The notes under the pieces: generated by a model
The model's input: only the letters and a program-made list of their open reading frames with translations
Database searches by the model: none
What the model was told of the DNA's origin: nothing
Assembly: GCA_963933605.1 (NCBI GenBank)
Contig: CAWVVN010000001.1
Location: 29,879-93,878 of the forward strand
Source of the DNA: an uncultured Verrucomicrobiales bacterium
GTDB taxonomy: Bacteria > Verrucomicrobiota > Verrucomicrobiia > Verrucomicrobiales > Akkermansiaceae
Length of the DNA stretch: 64,000 nucleotides
Reading direction: 5' to 3'
Part shown: positions 56,619-64,000 of the stretch, in pieces
Numbering within the stretch: the first letter of the stretch is position 1
How the letters are laid out: each line of letters opens with the position of its first letter
Position numbers and translations under genes: made by a program

Positions 56619-57224
56619 ATGAACACACAACATCACGCAGCTCAGTCTTATCCGCCTGGAAGGGTAGGTAGTTCCTGCATGCTCTACGGAGGGGTGAGCA
56701 TGGCTTTGGCTCTGGCGATGCAATTGTTGGGCTTGTTTGAACTGGGCGATGCCAGGCTGCAACAATCACTGTCATGGATATTGTCCGATTCATTCCAGGT
56801 CGTTGTCTCTGAGCCAGTGCTGTTTATGTTGGCGGCGATGTTTTCTTTTGGTATCGCTTTTGCAGTACTCGATTCACCGGCAGCATGGCGGCGTATCGTG
56901 CTTGGCTTGACGGCCTTGGTGCTCGTGCTGGCGATGGTTCCCGTATGTGCCCTTTGGCAGATTTATTTTTCCCCGTTTTTTGTAGTCGTTGCCTATTTTT
57001 GGGCATGGTTTTGTACGATGATGTATACCAGTCAGCACGTTATGCCTTGTGAAGTCGGCGTTGATCAGAAAACGCATCAGCCTCATGTTGAAATTCATGC
57101 AAAGCCGGAGAGATCAGCGGATTCACCATTGCAGAATCCGGCAAGGTTTTCCGATGCGGAAGGGAGTCATGAGGCGGCAAAACCAGAGCAGGATCCAGAC
57201 ACCAAGTATCAACCTCAGGAGTAA
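56619..57224 (+). CDS. Membrane protein with about 4 TMs (resembles the TM tail of CHASE2 proteins)
   Basis: Hydrophobic helices and a polar C-tail; family assignment is weak. Confidence 0.55.
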   Translation: MNTQHHAAQSYPPGRVGSSCMLYGGVSMALALAMQLLGLFELGDARLQQSLSWILSDSFQVVVSEPVLFMLAAMFSFGIAFAVLDSPAAWRRIVLGLTALVLVLAMVPVCALWQIYFSPFFVVVAYFWAWFCTMMYTSQHVMPCEVGVDQKTHQPHVEIHAKPERSADSPLQNPARFSDAEGSHEAAKPEQDPDTKYQPQE

Positions 57225-57231
57225 AAATTAG

Positions 57232-57843
57232 ATGGCTAGAGCAGATTATCCAGAACCCGTTGTTGAGTTGATTGCCGAGTTGAAAAGACTTCCGGGTATA
57301 GGGCCGCGCAGTGCTGAACGCATCGCAGTTTGGCTTTTGCAACATCCTAAGTCCAATGCTTTCGAGGTGTCAGAAGCTGTGCTCATGGCAAAGCAAAAGG
57401 TGAGTTCCTGCGATGTCTGCGGCTTTTTTTCTAGTGATGATGGTTGCCCAGTGTGTAGTGACGATCAGCGTGATGTTAACGAGCTTTGTGTGGTTGAGCA
57501 GGCCACCGATGTGCTGCCTCTTGAGCGCTCAGGGGTCTTTAAGGGTTACTACCACTGTCTAGGCGGGAAGTTGTCACCCTTGGATAATGTAAGCCCCGAG
57601 AATTTGCGTATTACGCCTCTGATTAAGAGAGTGGAAGCCAACCCTGGGGTAGAGGTTATCCTGGCATTGGGATCGGATGTGGAGGGAGAAGCTACGGCTA
57701 ACTACCTTGCTGAGGTGTTGATTACTCGTGAGTGCCATGTGACCCGCATTGCCCAGGGCTTGCCCGCTGGAGGAGGGCTTGATCATGCTGATGATCTTAC
57801 CCTGATGCGTGCGCTTCAAGGGCGCAGGAAGATGGGGGAGTGA
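57232..57843 (+). CDS. recR: Recombination mediator RecR
   Basis: LPGIGPRSAERIA, C..C...C..C zinc finger, LCVVEQATDV, TOPRIM DVEGEATANY and RIAQGLPAG. Confidence 0.96.
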   Translation: MARADYPEPVVELIAELKRLPGIGPRSAERIAVWLLQHPKSNAFEVSEAVLMAKQKVSSCDVCGFFSSDDGCPVCSDDQRDVNELCVVEQATDVLPLERSGVFKGYYHCLGGKLSPLDNVSPENLRITPLIKRVEANPGVEVILALGSDVEGEATANYLAEVLITRECHVTRIAQGLPAGGGLDHADDLTLMRALQGRRKMGE

Positions 57844-58800
57844 TCAATCTTTGGCTGCTTTCGGGTCAAGCGCGTCGCGCAGGCCATCACCGAGGAAGTT
57901 CAAGGCGAGTAAGGTCAGCGAGAATGTGATCGAGGGAATAATAAGTAAGCGTGGGTGCGTTTCCATGTAGTTGGCCCCTTCACTAAGGAGAATGCCCCAA
58001 GAGCTGTTGGGAGACTCTACACCGAGGCCAAGAAATGAGAGGGTGGCTTCAGTCAGGACAAAACCGGGAACAGTAAGGGTGGCATAAACAATAATGGGCC
58101 CAAGCATGTTGGGCATGATGTGCCGCATGAGTATTTGGCGGTGGCTGAGTCCCAGCGATACTGCGGCTTCGACAAATTCCTGTTTCTTGAGAGAGAGAAC
58201 CTGAGCTCTGGCGACACGCGCCATAGTGAGCCAACCGAGTGCGCCGATAGCGATGAATAAAGGCACTAAGTTGATGAACTTTTTGATGAATACTTCCTGC
58301 TCTGGCCATAGGCTGACAAGATGATCGGTAAGTTCCTTGGCGTGTTCTGAGATCAGCAAGGAGAACAAAATAACCAGAACGAGAAAAGGTAGCCCGTAGA
58401 GGATGTCGACAATGCGCATCATCAGGCTGTCGGTCTTGCCTCCGGCGTAACCCGCAATAGAGCCATAGATGAGGCCAATGATGACGGATACCGTGGTGGC
58501 GATAATGCCCACGAGGAGTGAAATTTGCCCGCCATAAAGCAAGCGCGCCAGAAGGTCTCTACCGGACTGATCTGTGCCGAGCCAGTTATTTTTGTTAGGG
58601 TCTAGGAAGGTGCTATTTAAATTCTGATTGTTGGGGTCTGCAATCATGGAGAACGCCGGGAGAATGAAACACAGGACACCGATCACAAATAAAACGAAAA
58701 GGCTAGCCATCGCCATCTTGTTTTTCTTGAGACGAGCCCAAGCGTCAGACCACAAGGACTGGCCTTTGCTGAGATCGTGACTCTGTGTTTTGTTACTCAT
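57844..58800 (-). CDS. oppC: Oligopeptide ABC transporter permease (OppC-like)
   Basis: WLGTDQSGRDLLARLLYGGQISL, EAA-type loop QEFVEAAVSLG and NFLGDGLRDALDP. Confidence 0.88.
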   Translation of the reverse strand: MSNKTQSHDLSKGQSLWSDAWARLKKNKMAMASLFVLFVIGVLCFILPAFSMIADPNNQNLNSTFLDPNKNNWLGTDQSGRDLLARLLYGGQISLLVGIIATTVSVIIGLIYGSIAGYAGGKTDSLMMRIVDILYGLPFLVLVILFSLLISEHAKELTDHLVSLWPEQEVFIKKFINLVPLFIAIGALGWLTMARVARAQVLSLKKQEFVEAAVSLGLSHRQILMRHIMPNMLGPIIVYATLTVPGFVLTEATLSFLGLGVESPNSSWGILLSEGANYMETHPRLLIIPSITFSLTLLALNFLGDGLRDALDPKAAKD

Positions 58801-58824
58801 GATTGGTGGTGGCGAATAGATCCG

Positions 58825-59736
58825 TCAGGCTCTGATGCGTGGGTTGAGCATGACGAGCGCGATATCAGCGGCGAGGTTGGCAAAAACGATCAGTGAACCG
58901 AATAGAATCACAACTCCCTGCAGGAGAAAGTAATCACGGTCTTTGGTGGCATTCACAAAATGTTGTCCCATGCCCGGTACTTGGAAAATGGTTTCGATAA
59001 TAAAAGACCCAGTGATTAACGCGGCAAATGCTGGGCCAATATAGGCGACAGCGGGAATGATGCCTCCGCGAATGGCATGTTTGGTGACCACGATGGCAGG
59101 GTGCACCCCCTTCGCATGTGCCGTGCGTATATAGTCCTGATTGAGCACTTCGAGCATGCCGCCGCGGGTGATTCTTGCCAGGTAGGCGGCTGTTCCCAGG
59201 CCAAGGGTAAGAGCCGGGAGAATCCAGTCAAAGGGGTCACCCCAGCCGGCGACTTTAAGAAATGGAACGCGTGTTGCTATATGTCCTGCTAGTAAGGGGG
59301 CAATCACAAAGGAGGGAATACTGATGCCAGCCATGGCGATGATCATGGTGCCGTAGTCGATATAGGAATTTTTTTTCAGCGCTGAGAGAATGCCGGCGGG
59401 GATACCGATGAGTATGGCGATGGTAATGCCGGCGATGCCGAGTATGAGAGAAGCGGGAAAAGAATGCTCGATGATCTTGGCTACCGGTTGCTCTTTGACC
59501 GGCGAGTCACCCATATCGCCCTGCATGAGTAACCCCAGATAAACGGCAAATTGTTCGGGGTAGGATTTATCGAGGTGGAAGCGCTCTTTGTTTTTCTCAA
59601 TGATGTGAGCTGAGTGAGCTTTTTCTCCAGAAAAGGGGTCGCCTGGCATGAGTCTGACGAGCACAAAGGTGATCAGAAGCAGGCAAAAAACCACAACGAT
59701 TCCCTGGAGTAGGCGGCTGACGATGGTGCGGAGCAT
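58825..59736 (-). CDS. oppB: Oligopeptide ABC transporter permease (OppB-like)
   Basis: MPGDPF, DYIRTAHAKG, IIETIFQVPGMG and LNPRIR. Confidence 0.88.
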   Translation of the reverse strand: MLRTIVSRLLQGIVVVFCLLLITFVLVRLMPGDPFSGEKAHSAHIIEKNKERFHLDKSYPEQFAVYLGLLMQGDMGDSPVKEQPVAKIIEHSFPASLILGIAGITIAILIGIPAGILSALKKNSYIDYGTMIIAMAGISIPSFVIAPLLAGHIATRVPFLKVAGWGDPFDWILPALTLGLGTAAYLARITRGGMLEVLNQDYIRTAHAKGVHPAIVVTKHAIRGGIIPAVAYIGPAFAALITGSFIIETIFQVPGMGQHFVNATKDRDYFLLQGVVILFGSLIVFANLAADIALVMLNPRIRA

Positions 59737-59757
59737 GCGGGCTGTGTTCTCTGTGGG

Positions 59758-61380
59758 TTAGTTGGCTTCCGAGAGCTCTAGGTCGACAAACTTGTAGGGA
59801 TGATTGTTGAGTAAGAGCGGATGCCAGCCTTTGACGGACGTGTGCAGGAGGTAATTGGTAGTGTACCAGTAGACAGGAATAATAGGCATTTCGGAGAGGA
59901 AGAGGGCTTCGGCCTGCTCAAGAATACGCAGACGTGCCTCCGGGTTCTTGGTTTGCTCTGCGGTGGCGAGCATGGCCTCGTATTGCTTATTGGACCAGCC
60001 TGTGCGGTTATTGCCGTCTCCTGTTTTCCACATGTCCAAGAAGGTAGTTGGGTCTGGATAGTCACCGATCCAGCCTCCAAGGGCTAGCTGGTAATCGAGC
60101 TCCGACATGCGGCTGAGGTAGGTTTTCCACTCCCGTTGTTCGATCGAGACCTCAGCATCCAGATGTTTTTTCCACATGTCTTGATAAGCTTCGCTGAGCC
60201 GCTTGGAGACTTCTCTGTCTGTGGAGAGCAGCGTCACGCGCAGTTTTTTGCTGCCTCCATAGCCCGCTTCTTGAAGTAGTTGCTTGGCGCGTATGGGGTC
60301 AAAGGAAACCGCATTCGGCGTGTGGTAATCTTCCGTTGGAGGAACGATGCCGTAGGCGGGTTTCTGGCCTCCTTTGAGGATGTGGGTGATGATCGCCTCG
60401 GAGTCGATGGACAGAGCGAGCGCTTGCCTAACTTTTAAGTCCTTGAGCGTGGGGTCGGTGACATTGAAGCGGATGAAATTGGTTCCTAGGTAAGTCTCTT
60501 GGCGGAGGTATTTTTTATAGTGATTGGATGCGTGCTCGATCATTTCCGGCGCCAGCCCATAGGTGGCATGAAGCTGCTCATTGAAAAACATCCTCGCCTC
60601 AGTGTATTGGTTGGAGACAGGGAGAAAACGAATGCCCTTGAGTTTGACCGTGTCCTTGTCCCAGTAGTTGGCGTTTTTCTCCGCATGGATGAAATCGTTG
60701 AGTCGCCACTGCTTGAGAATGAATGGACCATTGGAGACAATATTTTCAGGTTCCGTCCACGGGGTGTTGCGCTGGTCAATGGTGCCGTGCTTAAGGATGA
60801 TGTGCTTGGGCACAGGATACCAGGTGTAGTGCTTGGTGAGATCGGGAAGAAAGGGGATCGAGGCCTTGAGCTTGATCTTGAGCGTGTAGGGGTCAGGGGC
60901 GCTGATACCCACGGATGAGAAGTCCGTGGCCTCGCCCTTGTTGTAGCTCTCCGCCCCCTGGATGTAGTAGAGCATGCCAGCATACTCGGCGCCGAAGTCG
61001 GGGTGGAGGATGCGTTGGTATGAGAATAGAAAATCCTCGGCAGTGAGTGCTGTGCCGTCAGACCATTGGCCATCTTTACGGAGCTGAAAAGTCCATTCGG
61101 TAAAATCATCATTGGCTTGCCATGATGCTGCAGCTCCTGGAAGATGAATGCCTTGTTTGGAGGGGTGTTCAACACAGAGGCCCTCGAACAGAGCCCTGAT
61201 GATGTTGCTCTCGATGACCCCGGTGACAATTTGCGGGTCGAGGCCTTGGGGTTCCGTGCTGTTTCCCAATACGAGGATTTTTTTCTCCGTGTAGGTGTCA
61301 ATGGGAGGGTCACCCTTGCATGAGACCAAGGCGAGGCCACATGCAGTGAGTAAAAGGTAAACCGTGTGAGCAAAGCTCAT
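59758..61380 (-). CDS. oppA: Oligopeptide ABC transporter substrate-binding lipoprotein (OppA-like)
   Basis: Lipobox LALVSC, LDPQ, LFEGL, WTFQLRKDGQWSDG..LTAEDF, SNGPF and GWIGDYPDP. Confidence 0.9.
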   Translation of the reverse strand: MSFAHTVYLLLTACGLALVSCKGDPPIDTYTEKKILVLGNSTEPQGLDPQIVTGVIESNIIRALFEGLCVEHPSKQGIHLPGAAASWQANDDFTEWTFQLRKDGQWSDGTALTAEDFLFSYQRILHPDFGAEYAGMLYYIQGAESYNKGEATDFSSVGISAPDPYTLKIKLKASIPFLPDLTKHYTWYPVPKHIILKHGTIDQRNTPWTEPENIVSNGPFILKQWRLNDFIHAEKNANYWDKDTVKLKGIRFLPVSNQYTEARMFFNEQLHATYGLAPEMIEHASNHYKKYLRQETYLGTNFIRFNVTDPTLKDLKVRQALALSIDSEAIITHILKGGQKPAYGIVPPTEDYHTPNAVSFDPIRAKQLLQEAGYGGSKKLRVTLLSTDREVSKRLSEAYQDMWKKHLDAEVSIEQREWKTYLSRMSELDYQLALGGWIGDYPDPTTFLDMWKTGDGNNRTGWSNKQYEAMLATAEQTKNPEARLRILEQAEALFLSEMPIIPVYWYTTNYLLHTSVKGWHPLLLNNHPYKFVDLELSEAN

Positions 61381-61524
61381 GTCGAGAAAAGTGGCGGTTT
61401 TACCAAGAATGTGGAGACTTTTTTAGATGAAAATGCTGTGGTTCTAGTAACGTCTGCGAATGAACCTTATGTATGCAGGGGTCGGCAAGTTTGAATTGTG
61501 CAAGAGACAGAGCAATTCTTGACT

Positions 61525-62025
61525 TTATAGAATATCAGAAGCGGCTTTGAATTCGGGGTCATCGTTGAGGAACTCATGGAGCCCGTTGACAATGTTAATG
61601 CCATAACCGGAGGCGCGCAGCAGTAGCCGTCTTTCGGCGGGCGAAAGCATTCCGCTTGCAGGATCGATTCCGAAAATGAGATGATTCGGAGCACGGCCAG
61701 AGTGTGCTAAAGCGGTTCCAAGATCGCGGTAGATTGGAATGCCGCTTTTTTTACCGTCTAAAACTTCGCCGGCATCCTGCCCCTCCTTTGCACTATCGAT
61801 AATTGAGAGGATTTTGTATTTTTCCGAATGCCGAGCCAAGCCATTGGCCGTCTTTCCATCAACCCCGCCGAAGTTACCTTCGCAATAAACGATCGCGGTT
61901 TCTGGACGAACCTCCTCGATCTCCTCGATCTTGGGAGATGACTCCGTTGGTTTGGCAAATAGGTTGGGTTCGGTCGGCGAACCAAAAAAATTCGGCTTCG
62001 CAGTGGAGTGGGTATTTTTAGACAT
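61525..62025 (-). pseudogene. Truncated DUF1611 family gene (N-terminal domain only)
   Basis: AIVYCEGNFG..DGKTANGL.RHSEKY and NIVNGLHEFLNDDPEF match the DUF1611 N-terminus. The ORF stops at 166 aa and no P-loop domain follows in any frame I read before oppA. Confidence 0.7.
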
Positions 62026-62262
62026 AGGCGTTTCTAGAGTTGGACTCGGAGGAGCGACGGGTTCGAGTCAGCCAGAAGCAGCTAAAAGTCAACGAGAGGT
62101 CCCAACCAAGATAAACATGCAGATCCTTTATCATAACACGGATCTTGGCCTTAGACAGGATTTTTTTTTACAACAGGAATAGAGGGCTTGCTTAGCCAGA
62201 TGTGGTATCATAAAAACCAACAGGTAGACTGGTGGGTATTCGGCCAGCTGACTGCTCTTTTT

Positions 62263-63606
62263 ATGAAGGCATACTTTATTCGCAGGTTCATGCTTGTGCC
62301 CATCACCTTGTTGGGGGTGACCTTGATTGTGTTTACCCTGACACGGTTCATGCCTGGTAGTCCGATCGAGCGCGCCATGCAGCGTGCCGCGCAGAGTGAT
62401 GAGAATACCAAGTCCTCGTCAGACAATCAAAATCAGGCAGGGCTCAGTGACGAGGATCTTGAGGTTCTGGAAGAGGAATATGGCTACGATAAGCCGATTC
62501 CTGTGGCATACGTTCAGTGGCTGGGCCTTTGGCCGCGGGAGCGCCAGATCAGCAAGGCTGAAATTCGTGCCCAGCGAGAGGATGTGATCGGGCACAAACT
62601 CATAGAGGACCCTGAGAATCAAGCTCTGGTTGTGCTTAAGGGAAGTGGTCGCCGAGTTCTGGTGAATAAAAAAGCCGCAGGGGATGCGGTGTTTGTAGAC
62701 AATGGCCAAAAGATCGCCGAAGCGGGCTGGGAGGTTCGCATTGAGTCCCCAGAAGACCGGGCGCAGCGCTGGGCCAGAAGAAATGAGCAGCCAGCGGCTA
62801 ACGCGCCTGCCAAGCCTTACCGCGCGGTGGTTTATAAGGAACGCCTCTCTGGATTGTTTCAAGGGGATCTGGGAAGATCATCCACCTACCAAGACAAGGT
62901 CTCGGATATGATTCTCGAGCGTATTCCTATTGCGGTCTACTTTGGTTTGCTATCAACGATCATTATTTACTCGGTTTGTATTCCGCTGGGTATTCTCAAG
63001 GCGATTAAACACCGGACTTTTATTGATAACGCCAGCTCGGTTCTCGTTTTTGTGGGTTATTCTATCCCGGGTTTCGCACTTGGGGCCTTGCTACTGGTAT
63101 ATCTGGGAGCTCGTATGGGTTGGTTCCCGCTCTTTGGTTTGACGAGCCCGGGAGCAGAGGACCTCAGCAGGTGGGAGCAAATCAAGGACCTGGCACACCA
63201 CACCGTGCTGCCACTTTCATGCTACATCGTCGGAGGTTTCGCCTACACAACGATGATGATGAAAAACAATCTCATGGATAATCTTGCGGCTGACTATGTG
63301 CGCACGGCGGTGTCCAAGGGGGTGAGCTTTCGCTTGGCTGTATTCAAACATGCCTTTAGGAACTCCTTCATCCCGATTGCCACGAGTCTGGGAGGCTTGG
63401 TAACGATTTTTGTCAGCGGAAGCATGCTTGTGGAAACCGTGTTTGATATTCAAGGTTTTGGTTTGCTGCAGTTCCAGGCGATTATGGATCGTGATAATTC
63501 GGTGATTATGGGCACTCTGACCATTGCGGCTTTTCTGATGCTGATCGGTAATATTCTCTCTGATATCATCGTTGCGATGATTGATCCACGCATCAAATTC
63601 CACTAA
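62263..63606 (+). CDS. Peptide/microcin ABC transporter permease (YejB/DppB-like) with large inserted loop
   Basis: YFIRRFMLVPITLLGV, GDLGRS, DYVRTAVSKG and IDPRIKF. Start moved to ATG 62263. Confidence 0.88.
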   Translation: MKAYFIRRFMLVPITLLGVTLIVFTLTRFMPGSPIERAMQRAAQSDENTKSSSDNQNQAGLSDEDLEVLEEEYGYDKPIPVAYVQWLGLWPRERQISKAEIRAQREDVIGHKLIEDPENQALVVLKGSGRRVLVNKKAAGDAVFVDNGQKIAEAGWEVRIESPEDRAQRWARRNEQPAANAPAKPYRAVVYKERLSGLFQGDLGRSSTYQDKVSDMILERIPIAVYFGLLSTIIIYSVCIPLGILKAIKHRTFIDNASSVLVFVGYSIPGFALGALLLVYLGARMGWFPLFGLTSPGAEDLSRWEQIKDLAHHTVLPLSCYIVGGFAYTTMMMKNNLMDNLAADYVRTAVSKGVSFRLAVFKHAFRNSFIPIATSLGGLVTIFVSGSMLVETVFDIQGFGLLQFQAIMDRDNSVIMGTLTIAAFLMLIGNILSDIIVAMIDPRIKFH

Positions 63607-63607
63607 C

Positions 63608-64000
63608 ATGATGTTTCGCAAAATAGGCTGGTTGCTTGTGTTAGGAGGGGTGTTGTCCGCTCTGGGTGAGTTGCTGTTATTGCAACTGCCCACTCTGCGC
63701 TGGCCATTTGATGTCAGCAGGGAGCTAGGCTGGTTGAATGCTGGTGGTGAGGAAAGTCCATTGCTTTGGTTTGGCTGGCTCAGTGTGATGCTGATGATAG
63801 GAGGCGGGGTGACGTTACTGATTAAATTTCCCAGAGGGTTTCAGTTTACGCCGATTACCCAGCGCCGTATTGATCGCTTTTGTTCGATCAAGCGTGGCCA
63901 CCGTGCCTTTGTCATTGTCGGTGTGCTCGCATTGATTGCTGGGCTAGATCAACTCATTGTTGGTAATGAGCCGCTGTTGATGAAGTATGACGGCCGTTAT
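63608..64000 (+). CDS. ABC transporter permease (YejE/DppC-like), 3' truncated by window edge
   Basis: Open frame from ATG 63608: ...PITQRRIDRFCSIKRGHRAF...LIVGNEPLLMKYDGRY. Not listed in the ORF track because it has no stop in the window. Confidence 0.75.
   Translation, partial: MMFRKIGWLLVLGGVLSALGELLLLQLPTLRWPFDVSRELGWLNAGGEESPLLWFGWLSVMLMIGGGVTLLIKFPRGFQFTPITQRRIDRFCSIKRGHRAFVIVGVLALIAGLDQLIVGNEPLLMKYDGRY

Noticed and set aside
60540-61373. Long alternative-frame ORFs (e.g. 277 aa within oppA, 207 aa antisense to cusA, 214 aa antisense to ileS, 203 aa antisense to the RND gene)
   Set aside because: They lie wholly within well-supported genes, have Ser/Arg/Pro-rich or motif-less translations, and are expected shadows of codon bias.
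62048-62080. tRNA-like fragment (GGGTTCGAGTC resembles a T-loop)
   Set aside because: Flanking bases do not form a T-stem or acceptor stem; no cloverleaf.
1-64000. Anti-phage defence systems, prophage, IS elements, rRNA
   Set aside because: No recognisable motifs. MazG and the PIN-PhoH protein look like the ordinary housekeeping forms, with no toxin-antitoxin partner adjacent.

Overview
Gene-dense bacterial chromosome segment (standard genetic code) with about 55 CDS and one tRNA. I found no rRNA, CRISPR array, transposase or integrase. Gene content and style (TIGR04073-like protein, Ser/Thr kinase with HEAT repeats, split coaC/coaB, scarce Shine-Dalgarno motifs) suggest a Verrucomicrobiales genome, possibly marine; this is inference only. 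Left to right: partial yebC; a Cus-type heavy-metal RND operon headed by a Cys-rich putative leader ORF; acyP; menA-menC-menE; a second RND pump plus a K-channel-like gene; PhoH2, an RbsD/FucU-like lipoprotein and an ultra-short RNase III-family protein; antiporter, M20 hydrolase, hpt, glycerate kinase and a secreted GH31; tRNA-Phe, rpsU, lptF/G, rhomboid, mazG; a stand-alone AraC HTH gene divergent from a SAM methyltransferase / membrane histidine kinase / atypical response regulator trio; malQ, coaB, coaC, gmk, prfB (programmed +1 frameshift), recO, a TPR protein, pepP, nadK; a thioredoxin with an in-frame TGA; ileS, lspA, a Ser/Thr kinase, an atypical ClpX, recR, two peptide ABC systems and a truncated DUF1611 gene. 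Two candidates stand out. (1) A phcB-phcS-phcR-like putative methyl-ester quorum-sensing locus at 32677-36804, in the same gene order as Ralstonia phcBSR but in an apparently unrelated lineage. (2) A probable selenocysteine (U-G-P-C) thioredoxin lipoprotein at 46121-46699, which the ORF track splits in two and which has a SECIS-like hairpin after the TGA. All family assignments come from motifs recognised by eye; no database search was run.
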